Below the pieces are notes generated by a model. The model was given only the letters and a program-made list of their open reading frames with translations, made no database searches and had not been told where the DNA came from. From assembly GCA_950097015.1 (NCBI GenBank), contig CATNEN010000011.1, positions 3,038,001 through 3,102,000 on the forward strand: a stretch of DNA of 64,000 bases. The letters are read 5' to 3'. This DNA is from Macrostomum hystrix. Its lineage: Eukaryota; Animalia; Platyhelminthes. This document shows, in pieces, positions 1 to 12,349 of this stretch. Within the stretch, counting starts at the first letter, position 1; every line of letters starts with the position of its first letter. The translations under genes were made by a program, and so were the position numbers.

Positions 1-519
1 TATAATTTGGGGTGGGTGTAGATTGTATAATTTGGGGTGGGTGTAGATTGTGAAACTTGGGGTGGGTGTAGATTGTATAATTTGGGGTGGGTGTAGATTG
101 TATAATTTGGGGTGGGTGTAGATTGTGTAATTTGGGGTGGGTGTAGATTGTGTAATTTGGGGTGGGTGTAGATTGTATAATTTGGGGTGGGTGTAGATTG
201 TATAATTTGGGGTGGGTGTAGATTGTGTAATTTGGGGTGGGTGTAGATTGTGTAATTTGGGGTGGGTGTAGATTGTATAATTTGGGGTGGGTGTAGATTG
301 TATAATTTGGGGTGGGTGTAGATTGTGTAATTTGGGGTGGGTGTAGATTGTGTAATTTGGGGTGGGTGTAGATTGTATAATTTGGGGTGGGTGTAGATTG
401 TGTAATTTGGGGTGGGTGTAGATTGTGTAATTTGGGGTGGGTGTAGATTGTGTAATTTGGGGTGGGTGTAGATTGTGTAATTTGGGGTGGGTGTAGATTG
501 TGTAATTTGGGGTGGGTGT
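1..519. repeat. 25-bp G-rich minisatellite (intron of channel gene; truncated by window start)
   Basis: Unit T(A/G)TAATTTGGGGTGGGTGTAGATTG, about 20 copies. Confidence 0.97.
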
Positions 520-566
520 GCTGCATTGTGTCGCATTTTAAATAACATTTACATTTTTTGATTCAG

Positions 567-1048
567 CTGGCCATTGTCCATGGCGCTCGCCTGTTATGCG
601 TTAACTTAAACAAGCCGGCTGCTCCTCAGCAGCATCAGCAGCAGCAGCTGCTGCAGCAGCAGCATCAGAAATCAAGCAACAGAAATCAGCAGCAGCAGCA
701 GCAGCGGAAGCATCAGCAGCAGCGCCCGGAGGAGCTTCCAATGCACGCGACAGGAATCCACTCGCCTGGTTTCACCAATCAGAACCAGGTCGGCCACAAC
801 AGCGGCGGTAGTCCCACCTCCACGACTTCTTATTCAACAACGGGGCGCAGGGGACACCACCTGCTGCCGTTGCAGCATCAGCAGCAGCAGCAACAGCAGC
901 AGCAGCAGTATCCCAACTTCAACGCAGAAGATGTCTACCATCAGGCGCATCATCAGCAGCGCGGAGGGCTTATGGGGGCCGCCGGCCCCTCTTCGCAGCC
1001 TGGAGTTTTTGCTGAAGTTGACGAAATGCTGCTGCAGTGCTTGCCAAG
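567..1048 (+). CDS. Cys-loop ligand-gated ion channel (nAChR-like), penultimate exon: polyQ-rich M3-M4 intracellular loop; gene is 5'-truncated by the window
   Basis: Acceptor ttttgattcag|CTG at 566/567 (phase 0) and donor CCAAG|gtgggt at 1048/1049 (phase 2). Translates LAIVHGARLLCVNLNK...QQQ...LLQCLP and splices in frame to exon 1643. Confidence 0.75.
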
Positions 1049-1145
1049 GTGGGTCCGCGACCGTTCAGTCCATGGACAGAATCCTAATTTCTAACCTCAT
1101 AGTATGATTCCAGCTTTCCACTGTGCAACAAGCTCAGTAGTCTGC

Positions 1146-1453
1146 CAATCTAATCTACCAATCTAATCTACCAATCTAATCTAGCAATCTAATCTACCAA
1201 TCTGTCTACCTTTCTGTCTACCTTTCTGTCTACCAATCTGTCTACCTTTCTGTCTACCTTTCTGTCTACCAATCTGTCTACATTTCTGTCTACCAATCTG
1301 TCTACCTTTCTGTCTACCAATCTGTCTACCTTTCTGTCTACCAATCTGTCTACCTTTCTGTCTACCTTTCTGTCTACCAATCTGTCTACCTTTCTGTCTA
1401 CCAATCTGTCTACCTTTCTGTCTACCAATCTGTCTACCTTTCTGTCTACCTTT
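1146..1453. repeat. 12-bp minisatellite (channel gene intron)
   Basis: Unit (AA/TT)TCTGTCTACC. Confidence 0.95.
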
Positions 1454-1503
1454 CAATATTTGCACATTGTTCATCTCACGCAGGTGTGTACATCTACTCT
1501 GAC

Positions 1504-1555
1504 TTTCTCATCGTCAGGCAGTGTACACTCTCACTGTGCCTTGGAGGTTGGCCCT
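1504..1555 (-). mobile_element. Truncated copy of the SINE 3' tail
   Basis: The reverse complement matches about 19730-19782 with 3 mismatches (AGGGCCAACC.CAAGGCACAGTGA.AGTG..CACTGCCTGACGATGAGAAA). Confidence 0.7.
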
Positions 1556-1642
1556 TAAGTTTCTAAATTGTGCAAACGACAACCCCAAGCCTTCTCTCCG
1601 GTGTTGCACATCTCAGTAAACTTGAATTGATCTGTCATCTAG

Positions 1643-1685
1643 GCAACTGCTCCTGCAACAGCAGCAGCATCAGCAGTTGCTCCGT

Positions 1686-1718
<33 letters not shown>

Positions 1719-2042
1719 CAGAGGCAGCAGCACAGATCTGGCGGCGGCTCCGAGATGTTCCCAGCTGCCGTTCTAGACGCCGCCACTCGTCGTCGCATCA
1801 ACATGCTGACCAAGGATGTTCAAGACATTGTCAAGGCCCTGCGCTATATTCAGCGCCTGCACGAGAATCGGGAACGCGTCAACAAGATCGTGCAGGAGTG
1901 GCGCAGTGTCGGCCTTGTGCTGGACCGTTTGTTCTTTGTCATCTATTTCATCACCATCGCAGTCTCCTCGGTGGGATTTTTCAGCTCTAGCGATACCGTG
2001 GACACCACCATATTGCCAAACGCAAATAATTCACCCACATGA
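1643..2042 (+). CDS. Cys-loop ligand-gated ion channel, terminal exon (MA helix and M4)
   Basis: Acceptor tcatctag|G at 1642/1643, phase 2 matching the upstream donor. DIVKALRYI...EWRSVGLVLDRLFFVIYFITIAVSSVGFF matches the nAChR/5-HT3 EW..V..V.DRLF M4 signature. Stop TGA at 2040-2042. Confidence 0.88.
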
Positions 2043-3721
2043 GGCACTAGCTGTTAGCAACCGCAGCAGCGAAGTAAATTATGCTCATCCTAAACCTTGA
2101 AGTAAGGTGCTGACCAATTAAAATTTGGAGGGGCATCAAACGCAAACAGATTTCAAGGTTTCCTTGTCCCGCTTTCTGCTTTCGAATGTGAGTTATAACA
2201 AATTATGCTTTACCGTTAACTATACGTTTCTCAAATGAATTTTTACGTGCTTATAGTTTGTGTTTAAAATACCTTGCCTAACGAAGTGTTCTATAAAATA
2301 TAAACTTTGTCTCCATGATGTAACAGGAGTTGATTTATTCCTTATTATTTACTTTGCGATTTTTGATACACTTTAAACGTAGATAGACTTAAGTACAACT
2401 TGCTCTTAGGTATTATCATTATTTGCTCAAACAATTTCATACGTGTTTATTTATATTAGATAAAAAATATCTTTTTGTTTTAACGTAAGCCCGGAACTTT
2501 CTTCCAACAGTTGGTTGCACATCGTGCACGGATTAAACCAGGACTTGCTGAAAAGAATATTTTTGTGAAGGCATTGTCAATTGCAGATTCATAAGATTAT
2601 CACTGAAGTACTTACTATTCGCGTAGTTATAAAGTTGATTTATGGTGTTTCATTAACTTACCATAAATAAACTTTCTTTCTTAACTTTGAGTATCTAAAA
2701 AATAATTACAGATTTTTTTCTTGAAATCCAAATTAAAAAATATATATAAACTTTTGAAACATTTGAAACGTTCTAAAAATGCAATTAGTGAATTCTATTA
2801 GGCCTTGTATTAATTAAAATAATTGTATCTTTGATAAATAAAATGGATTTTTATCTTCAAATGACATTAAAACAGAGTCTAATTCACGTCATATACGTCA
2901 TATAGTTAAGAAAACCACCAGATTCCAAGAAAAAACGAAAAAATTGCTTTAAAATCTTAAATTAAGCTACATAAACAAAAGCGACTATATAAATTGCCAA
3001 TGCCTGATAGCCGTAGGACTTTTTATTTTATTTTTTGAAAATTTTTCGTGTACCTTGCATGTTTTATTTGTATGTAGTATTGCGCAACAAAGTTAGCTGC
3101 TAAATTTGATGCATATTGACCTCAATTTAGTACACAATTTCTATGAACTTAAAGTCTTATTAGTGATAAAAATGCGAAAATGTTACCTATAATCGGACTC
3201 ACTGCTGCATGCGCGATCAGTATCAGATTCTTGTCATTTTTTTACTTTTTAGTAAAAACACTTCAGTCAGCTTTCGTCGATGCCTATTTTGTAGTAATTG
3301 CATGCGTAAGAAAGTCACTCTTCTAAAAAAATAGTTGCTCATTTAAATATTTTACATAACCAGTAACTTTTATTTATAACAAAAGTGTTAAAAAACTGCG
3401 TGATCACGTTATGGCTTTAAATTCTGATGCTTTCTTTTTCTGCGCCGTTAATTGAATACAAAAGCTTTAAAAATTGATCGAATGCAAAATAGTATTGATT
3501 TGTTTTTTAAGACTATATTATATCGTTCGTTTTATAGTAATTTTCAATGATTAGCAACTTGAGTAAATATTTGAATAAATATAAATGAGTCCATTGAGTT
3601 ACTAATAAGAGTCTGTGGATTACCAATTAATGTCTGTTAATCACTGATGCGACTGCGAAAAATAACGAGAAACTGTGAATTTACAGTCTGAGCCAATGAA
3701 CTAACAATGAGTCTAAATAAT

Positions 3722-4376
3722 AGTAAGAGTCTGTGAACGATAGTGAGAGTCTGTGAATGGTTGTGAGAGTCTGTGAACGATAGTAAGAGTCTGTGAACGA
3801 TAGTAAGAGTCTGTGAACGATAGTGAGAGTCTGTGAATGGTTGTGAGAGTCTGTGAATGGTTGTGTGAGTCTGTGAATGATTTTGAGAGTCTGTGAACGA
3901 TATTGAAAGTCTGTGAATTCTTGGGAGAGTCTGTGAACGATAGTGAGAGTCTGTGAACTACAGTGAGAGTCTGAATGATTGTGAGAGTCTGTGAACGACA
4001 GTGAGAGTCTATGAACGATAGTGAGAGTCCGTGAATGATTCTGAGAGTCTGTGAACGACAGCGAGAGTCTGTGAATGGTTGTGAGAGTCTGTGAACGACA
4101 GTGAGAGTCTGTGAACGACAGTGAGAGTCTGTGAATGATTGTGAGAGTCTGTGAACGACAGTGTGAGTCTGTGAACGATAGTGAGAGTCCGTGAATGATT
4201 TTGAGAGTCTGTAAACCACAGTGAGAGTCTTTGAACGACAGTGAGAGTCTGTGAATGATTGTGAGAGTCTTTGAACGACAGTGAGAGTCTGTAAGTTGTT
4301 GGGAGAGTCTATGAACGATAGTGAGAGTCTGTAAATTATTGGGAGAGTCTGTGAACGACAGTGAGAGTCTGTGAAC
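3722..4376. repeat. 20-bp minisatellite
   Basis: Unit GTGAGAGTCTGTGAACGA(T/C)A, degenerate. Confidence 0.93.
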
Positions 4377-4930
4377 CAAATTATCGTTATGCAAGTTAAT
4401 TGCAAAGGTTTTTTTAAGATTCTCGATTGTAAACGACTGTGAATGAATGAAACTTCACAGACGCAAACTTTTTTCGTCAAACGTTTTATTAATTAAGGAT
4501 TAGGTCGTATTTCCATATTTATCCATTTTCGCATCGAAAAAATTATTTTAGACAGAAAAATCCGACAGCCTTCAAGTGAATCCGCTTTATTCCTTTCTTT
4601 TCCAATTGCTGGCTTCAGAAAGATTTACAATGCCGAATTTCCAGGAATACTCGATAGGATTAGGAAATAATAAATTCTGAAGGTATTATCTGGCAGGTAT
4701 TTTCCTCACGGAACGGATATTGTCTAGCAAGTCTATTTATTTTGGATCATTTTTTCCTCCTTAAAATTCCAATTAACTGCTCCAGGTGAACTGCCAGAAA
4801 TGTCAGCCGAGTAAGAAGTTTGTGTTAGATTGTGTTCCAGACATTCTGCATCATTTTAAGTTGCTCAGGCCTGAGACTTGAGAAGAGTTGAAAGAGGTAA
4901 TTAGTTAGGGACTGGATGAGGGAATACAAG

Positions 4931-5290
4931 AGATTAGATCAGAGATTAGATCGGAGATTAGATCAGAGATTAGATCAGAGATTAGATCAGAGATTAGATC
5001 AGAGATTAGATCAGAGATTAGATCAGAGATAAGATCAGAGAATAGAAGAGGTTAGATCAGAGAATAGAAGAGATTAGATCAGAGATAAGATCAGAGATTA
5101 GATCAGAGAATAGAAGAGATTATATCAGAGATAAGATCAGAGATTAGATCAGAGAATAGAAGAGATTAGATCAGAGAATAGAAGAGATTAGATCAGAGAT
5201 AAGATCAGAGATTAGATCAGAGAATAGAAGAGATTAGATGAGTGAGGATCAGAGAATAGAAGAGAGTAGATCGGAGATTAAATCAAAGAT
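4931..5290. repeat. 12-bp minisatellite
   Basis: Unit GAGATTAGATCA with GAATAGAA variants. Confidence 0.92.
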
Positions 5291-5974
5291 TATATTGGAG
5301 TTGATTTCAGAGAATGTTACTTTCGATTTTGAGTTGCCTGTATTACAGTATTATATGTCAATTGTACTGATCACTGTAGAATTTCAAAATATTGTGAACT
5401 ACCAATTAATCGGCGACAAAGCCATCAGAAACTAATTTCCTGATATTGTGAAATTGTAAATCTAAAATTTATGATGTTAATAATAGGTAAAATTAGTTTT
5501 GCAAAAAAGCAAATAGTCGCCGAGATAATAAGATTGAGTAAAATCTTTTATGAAGATCCTTAATAAAGCAAGAAATAAGACCCCACGACAGACCTGTCTG
5601 TAAGCCCTATTAAGATACTCCTGCCCCATTACCGATAGAACTCAAATTTCATTAATGAGCTGCAGCACCCATTGTTGGTCAATGGAAAATAGATTTTTAT
5701 TAAGAGTTTGATAGGATTAAACCTTTTTTAATTAACAATGGTGGCACGCCTTAGCAACTGTTGCTATGTGGTGACTTTTTATCTGAAAAAATCGAAATAG
5801 TCGCTAAGATGAAAGACTTAAAATCCCAGTGTGTCCATTAAAAAACAATATTACTTTTATCACTGCATTCTAGTGCTTAGTACAAGGGGAAGTCTGTGAA
5901 TTGATTGCTAGCGCCTGTGATGTACAATCACGAAAAAAATATATTAAAAGCCCAAGGAAATCCGTGACTACACG

Positions 5975-6757
5975 AAGAAAGTGTGTGAATACACTAAGAA
6001 TGACTGAATCCACTAAGAAAGTGTGTGAATCCACTAAGAAAGTGTGTGAATCCACTAAGAAAGTGTGTGAATCCACTAAGAATGACTGAATCCACTAAGA
6101 AAGTGTGTGAATACACTAAGAATGACTGAATCCACTAAGAAAGTGTGTGAATCCACTAAGAAAGTGTGTGAATCCACTAAGAAAGTGTGTGAATCCACTA
6201 AGAAAGTGTGTGAATCCACTAAGAAAGTGTGTGAATCCACTAAGAAAGTGTGTGAATCCACTAAGAAAGTGTGTGAATCCACTAAGAAAGTGTGTGAATC
6301 CACTAAGAAAGTGTGTGAATCCACTAAGAAAGTGTGTGAATCCACTAAGAAAGTGTGTGAATCCACTAAGAAAGTGTGTGAATCCACTAAGAAAGTGTGT
6401 GAATCCACTAAGAAAGTGTGTGAATCCACTAAGAAAGTGTGTGAATCCACTGAGAAAGACTGTGAATCCACTAAGAAAGTGTGTGAATCCACTAAGAAAG
6501 TGTGTGAATCCACTAAGAAAGTGTGTGAATCCACTAAGAAAGTGTGTGAATCCACTAAGAAAGTGTGTGAATCCACTAAGAAAGTGTGTGAATCCACTAA
6601 GAAAGTGTGTGAATCCACTAAGAAAGACTGTGAATCCACTAAGAAAGTGTGTGAATACACTAAGAAATACTGTGAATCCACTCAGAAATACTGCGAATCC
6701 ACTAACAAAGACTCTGAATACACTAAGAAAGACTGTGAATCCAATAAAAAAGTGTGA
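5975..6757. repeat. 21-bp minisatellite
   Basis: Unit GAATCCACTAAGAAAGTGTGT. Confidence 0.97.
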
Positions 6758-6774
6758 GAATCACGCTGAGAAAA

Positions 6775-7260
6775 CACACTGTGAGAGTCTGTGAATCACA
6801 CTGTGAGAGTCTGTGAATCACACTGCGAGAGTCTGTGAATCCCACTGTGAGAGTCTGTGAATCACACTGTGAGAGTCTGTGAATCACACTGCGAGAGTCT
6901 GTGAATCACACTGTGAGAGTCTGTGAATCACACTGTGAGAGTCTGTGAATCACACTGTGAGAGTCTGTGAATCACACTGTGAGAGTCTGTGAATCACACT
7001 GTGAGAGTCTGTGAATCACACTGTGAGAGTCTGTGAATCACACTGTGAGAGTCTGTGAATCACACTGTGAGAGTCTGTGAATCACACTGTGAGAATCTGT
7101 GAATCCCACTGTGATAGTCTGTGAATCCCACTGTGATAGTCTGTGAATCACACTGTGATAGTCTGTGAATCACACTGTGATAGTCTGTGAATCACACTGT
7201 GAGAGTCTGTGAATCCCACTGTGAGAGTCTGTGAATCACACTGTGAGAGTCTGTGAATCA
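6775..7260. repeat. 22-bp minisatellite abutting the 21-bp array
   Basis: Unit CACACTGTGAGAGTCTGTGAAT. Confidence 0.97.
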
Positions 7261-8117
7261 AACAAGTTACTATTGGTTAAAAATCATGCAGTGAAAGATG
7301 TTATGCTAAGTATTCTGTCATTTTATACCGTACGTAGAAGGCTCTGGACATAAAATGGCAGCATTTCTCCCATGCTGCCTGTGACAGAACACATGAAACG
7401 AAATTACAAGCAACGAAACTAAATCAAGGCCTCTGACTGTCCAGATTCCCAACAGATTTTGTGTCGCCTACTGTGTCTCAAACTGCTTGAGTAATTGCAT
7501 AAAATATCGCGCTGCCTGCATGATGCACTCATTTAGTTTGACAATCGGATCGAAAGTAACTTTCGTCAGCAATATGATTTATCGATTTCTATCCCGACCA
7601 GGATGAAGTCTAAAGCCAAGCTTTGGTTAACGTAAACTGCAGTGAACAAATTTCGATGCTCTAGTCGATTACTGCCTACTTACGAGTAGAAATGAATATT
7701 TTCTGTGAATATTTTTAGTCTTGCATCTAAAGAATACTTGTTGCTAAAAAATAAATAATGCACACTCGAGACTCTATCTAGAGAATATCAAGAAATACTT
7801 GATTTAAAACGTGTTGCTAGTTGAACTGAATTTATTAGAATCAAATGTCGATATCGAGACCAAAGCTTTAAACCTACTAGGCAAGAATCTTAACTTAATA
7901 AAAAATTAGGTTATGCTAATGCTGGTTCTGTATACACCGCAATAAACTTTCTAAAATATCAACTGTATCAATGATTTAGTTGTTCAAGCAAGGTCGATCG
8001 CAACACCGAAATATAATACTGTAAAAACAGAACCCTTGCTTGCTTCTTTCGGGCAAATGAATTTTAATATTAGCGAATTGGCCAGGTGTAATGTAATTAG
8101 CATAAGTAACGCAGGTC

Positions 8118-8127
8118 TATATATAAA
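8118..8127 (+). promoter_or_regulatory. Candidate TATA box of amnionless
   Basis: TATATATAAA about 60 nt upstream of the ATG at 8185. Confidence 0.4.
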
Positions 8128-8184
8128 CTTGGAAGCTTTCAAAGCAAAACAAAAAACACATTTTATTCTCTTGAATTTGTAAGC

Positions 8185-8766
8185 ATGGCTACAAGCAACT
8201 GCCTAAATCTATTGCTGTTTCTTCTTGTCTGCCTGCAGCAACAGCAGCAGCATCAGGTGTTTGCCCTGCACACTACTCATGCTCAGCCTAGAATATGGGA
8301 TTTTATCCCAACGGCAAATTTTCGCCAGAAAGAAAATTGGATCGGGGGTCGCGTGCCATGCGCCAAAGATTCCGTCAGCCTGACCTCCACGCCGGCCCTC
8401 ATCGGCTTGACATTGCCGATGCTGAGACAGCGCGAGATTCGATTCCCCGACGCTGACGGCTCGGCGACTCTCGTCCTATTTAACGGCGCAGGCATCGAAG
8501 CATTTGACGAGTCGCTGATATCCGGCGAGGAGCAATGTCCTGGCGGTCGCATCAGAAATTTGAAATTTAACTTTACTAATCCAACTGACTGGTTCCTCAC
8601 AGATAATTGGCTATTGAGTACTGCTACAGGTGTGATCAATAAGGTTGAGTTCAATGCTCTGCCAGTGGACTTGCTGCCCGGTGCATGCGACACAGTCAGG
8701 TTTAGAGACAATGCAACATTCCTGGTTAAACTGATGGGACACAGCGACCAGTTTCGAGTTGGTCAG
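8185..8766 (+). CDS. AMN: Amnionless, exon 1 of 5 (model 8185-8766, 9433-9967, 11538-11700, 12111-12265, 12350-12465)
   Basis: Signal peptide, then IWDFIPTANFRQKENWIGGRVPC..D.V, W...DNW and LPGACDTV.F, all resembling the AMN N-terminal region. Donor GGTCAG|gtgagt, phase 0. Confidence 0.88.
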
Positions 8767-9010
8767 GTGAGTTGTATTGGCTGCCATTTTAGGTCATTAT
8801 TTAATATCACGGCTCACTCCTTCACCCAACCGCTAAATTCTAACCAACTTTTCCTTGAATATTAGCCCCGTCAATTGGCTTATTTCTTAGTTTTTTCCTA
8901 GAATTCTTCCCTCCTCAATCCACTCCGTTTCCAAGAAACACTGCCTCATCCATCTGCTTTATTTCCAAGAATCCCAGCCCGTTCATCTACTCGGTTTTCT
9001 TGAATCTTGC

Positions 9011-9245
9011 CTCCATTCGCTCCGTTTCCTAGAATACTACCTATACTCCATTCGCTTCGTTTCCTAGAATCCTAACTATACTCCATTCGCTTCGTTTCCT
9101 AGAATCCTAACTATACTCCATTCGCTTCGTTTCCTAGAATCCTAACTATACTTCACTCGCTCCGTTTCCTAGAATCCTAACTATACTTCACTCGCTTCGT
9201 TTCCTAGAATCCTACCTATACTCCATTCGCTCCGTTTCCTGGAAT
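9011..9245. repeat. 35-bp minisatellite (AMN intron 1)
   Basis: Unit TTCCTAGAATCCTAACTATACTCCATTCGCTTCGT. Confidence 0.92.
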
Positions 9246-9432
9246 CCCAGCCTCCACCATCTACTCCGTTTCTTAGAATCGACCCACTCCGTATATTAGA
9301 AGCCTGGCCTCTTTCACCGTTTCCTGGAATCTGCCCGCTCTAATTCAAAGAAACCTGACCATTTTCTTAGAATCTCCGCCGTCCCTTCCGCCCCTATGCT
9401 CACATAAAATTATTTCCTATCGACACCAACAG

Positions 9433-9967
9433 CTACAACTGGCTGGTCGAACATTCAGCACTGAAGACGATGAGAACCAGTTGAAGAGCCTATGGCTTCA
9501 GTCAGACTTCATGAAGAGCCAGTTTGTCTATTCCAACGGAGATTACGTCGAGAAGGCGCCATTTTTAATTGTCCAACCAGCCGATTTAAATCGGTGCGAA
9601 ATTCCCACCGCGCTGCAGTCGCCAAAGTGGATGTCTCGAGTTTGCGAGTCTAATGATCGATTTAAGAAATCAATGATTAGCTGCTCGTCTCCAATTCCAT
9701 CTGACCAAGTGTCTGGAGCCTGCTCAGACCTATGCGGCAGTGTTGTCATCAAATTTCGTGCATCTGTTGACAATTTTAATTTTCAAAACCTGATCGAAAA
9801 ATTAACGCAACGGATTGAAGCTGGCGAAACTCATTACACAGTGCGCCTGTCCGCATTTCGCTTGCAGATTGGCGTGCCTGAGTATCAACTGGTGTTGAGC
9901 ATAGCCGATGGGAATAATCACGCCATTTTGGCCGTGAATAATGCCCTGCTGTGGCTAGAGAGCAATG
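9433..9967 (+). CDS. AMN: Amnionless, exon 2 (Cys-rich/VWFC-like region)
   Basis: Acceptor ccaacag|CTA, phase 0. LQLAGRTFSTEDD and CSDLCGSVV resemble human AMN ALGRTF..ED and CCDLCGAVV. Donor AATG|gtttga, phase 1. Confidence 0.88.
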
Positions 9968-10008
9968 GTTTGATTCCTATGTTTTTGTGGGTTTAAACCT
10001 CAATTAAC

Positions 10009-11462
10009 TGGTGACGCCCATGTCTAACAGCTGACACCCATGTCTAACAGGTGACACCCATGTCTAACAGGTGACGCCCATGTCTAACAGGTGACACCCA
10101 TGTCTAACAGGTGACACCCATGTCTAACAGGTGATAACAATCTCTAACAGGTGACACCCATGTCTAACAGGTGACACCCATGTCTAACAGGTGACACCCA
10201 TGTCTAACAGGTGACACCTATGTCTAACAGGTGATAACAATATCTAGCAGGTGACGCCCATGTCTAACAGGTGACACCCATGTCTAACAGGTGACGCCCA
10301 TGTCTAACAGGTGACACCCATGTCTAACAGGTGACGCCCATGTCTAACAGGTGACGCCCATGTCTAACAGGTGACACCCATGTCTAACAGGTGACACCTA
10401 TGTCTAACAGGTGATAACAATATCTAGCAGGTGACGCCCATGTCCAACAGGTGACACCCATGTCTAACAGGTGACGCCCATGTCTAACAGGTGACACCCA
10501 TGTCTAACAGGTGACACCCATGTCTAACAGGTGACACCCATGTCTAACAGCTGACACCCATGTCTAACAGGTGACACCCATGTCTAACAGGTGACACCCA
10601 TGTCTAACAGGTGACGCCCATGTCTAACAGGTGACACCCATGTCTAACAGGTGACACCCATGTCTAACAGGTGATAACAATCTCTAACAGGTGACACCCA
10701 TGTCTAACAGGTGACACCCATGTCTAACAGGTGACACCCATGTCTAACAGGTGACACCTATGTCTAACAGGTGATAACAATATCTAGCAGGTGACGCCCA
10801 TGTCTAACAGGTGACACCCATGTCTAACAGGTGACGCCCATGTCTAACAGGTGACACCCATGTCTAACAGGTGACACCCATGTCTAACAGGTGACACCCA
10901 TGTCTAACAGGTGACACCCATGTCTAACAGGTGACACCCATGTCTAACAGGTGACACCCATGTCTAACAGGTGACGCCCATGTCTAACAGGTGACACCCA
11001 TGTCTAACAGGTGACACCCATGTCTAACAGGTGACACCCATGTCTAACAGGTGACGCCTATGTCTAACAGGTGACACCCATGTCTAACAGGTGACGCCCA
11101 TGTCTAACAGGTGACACCCATGTCTAACAGGTGACATGGCCATGCCTAACAGGTGACACCCATGTCTAACAGGTGACACCCATGTCTAACAGGTGACATG
11201 GCCATGTCTAACAGGTGACACCCATGTCTAACAGGTGACGCCCATGTCTAACAGGTGACACCCATGTCTAACAGGTGACACCCATGTCTAACAGGTGACA
11301 CCCATGTCTAACAGGTGAAGCCCATGTCTAACAGGTGACACCCATGTCTAACAGGTGACAACCATGTCTAACAGGTGACACCCATGTCTAACAGGTGACA
11401 CCCATGTCTAACAGGTGACACCCATGTCTAACAGGTGACATGGCCATGCCTAACAGGTGATA
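10009..11462. repeat. 20-bp minisatellite (AMN intron 2) with a 540-bp higher-order duplication
   Basis: Unit CAGGTGACACCCATGTCTAA, about 70 copies. Confidence 0.98.
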
Positions 11463-11537
11463 CCCTACAAATAGGTAAACATTTATTTTGTACTGTCAGT
11501 TGCAAGAAATTAATAACAATTGTTTTCTAAACTTCAG

Positions 11538-11700
11538 CTGACGCGTTCAAGTTCAGCATAATTAATACTCTGAGAAGTAGCGACATCGGGATAGTTTCAG
11601 CTGAAACTAGCAAGCTATCTACTGCCTACACTGTTGGTCTGACGACTCTCTTCATCCTACTAATAGTAATAGCAGCGATTTTAGCTGCTGTTTTTGTGGG
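11538..11700 (+). CDS. AMN: Amnionless, exon 3 (transmembrane helix)
   Basis: Acceptor acttcag|CT, phase 1. Hydrophobic segment VGLTTLFILLIVIAAILAAVFVG. Donor GG|gtaagt, phase 2. Confidence 0.85.
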
Positions 11701-12110
11701 GTAAGTTAAAAATTTAAATAAAAACACGAAAAAAGCTTTCGGTTAACAGTTGAAAGAACACGCTATTTATCCCACTGAGGAAAAACCACGGGGATATTTC
11801 AAATACCCGCTGCCTACTTCACGACAGCTCCCAAACCGAATGACCGATTTTCGTGAAAGTCCACCATCTGACTCAAAAACTTTTTTAGCAGAAATGCCTG
11901 TGTGCCTATAGAATGTTACAGAATGTTATTTTTTGCAACCAGACAAAAATTGTAATGTGGTCTGGATTTTCATGGCAATCGGTTAAATATTTTCAGGCGA
12001 TACATGAAAATAGAAAAATAAAGAGTATTTGAAATACAAACCGAGGTCTTCCTAGTGTTAATTTATAAAGTTAAATCCACGCCAAAACTGTTATTTTTAA
12101 TTTAACGCAG

Positions 12111-12265
12111 TCGCAAACGCGGTTGGCTGAAGGACCTATCCGATGTACATCCGCGAAGCGTCTGGCAGGCGTGGAATCAGTGGCGTCATCGAACGCTGAA
12201 GGAAGAAGCCACGGCTGCGGGGGTCGAGTTTACGGCTGCCACCGGCAGTGTGGAATTCTCGTCAG
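12111..12265 (+). CDS. AMN: Amnionless, exon 4 (cytoplasmic)
   Basis: Acceptor taacgcag|T, phase 2. Stop-transfer RKR, then GWLKDLSDVHPRSVWQAW. Donor TCAG|gtgaga, phase 1. Confidence 0.8.
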
Positions 12266-12349
12266 GTGAGAATTTTATACAACGTCGTTTTTGAAGCTTT
12301 ATAATTTTACCATTATTTCAATCCCCTCTTTTAAAAAATCGTTTCTTAG

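Noticed and set aside
5870-6794. KKVCEST / VDSHTFL repeat ORFs
   Set aside because: 21-bp minisatellite read in different frames.
10009-11462. CRISPR-like regular repeats (here and in other arrays)
   Set aside because: Units are head-to-tail with no unique spacers, there are no cas genes, and the context is eukaryotic and intron-containing.
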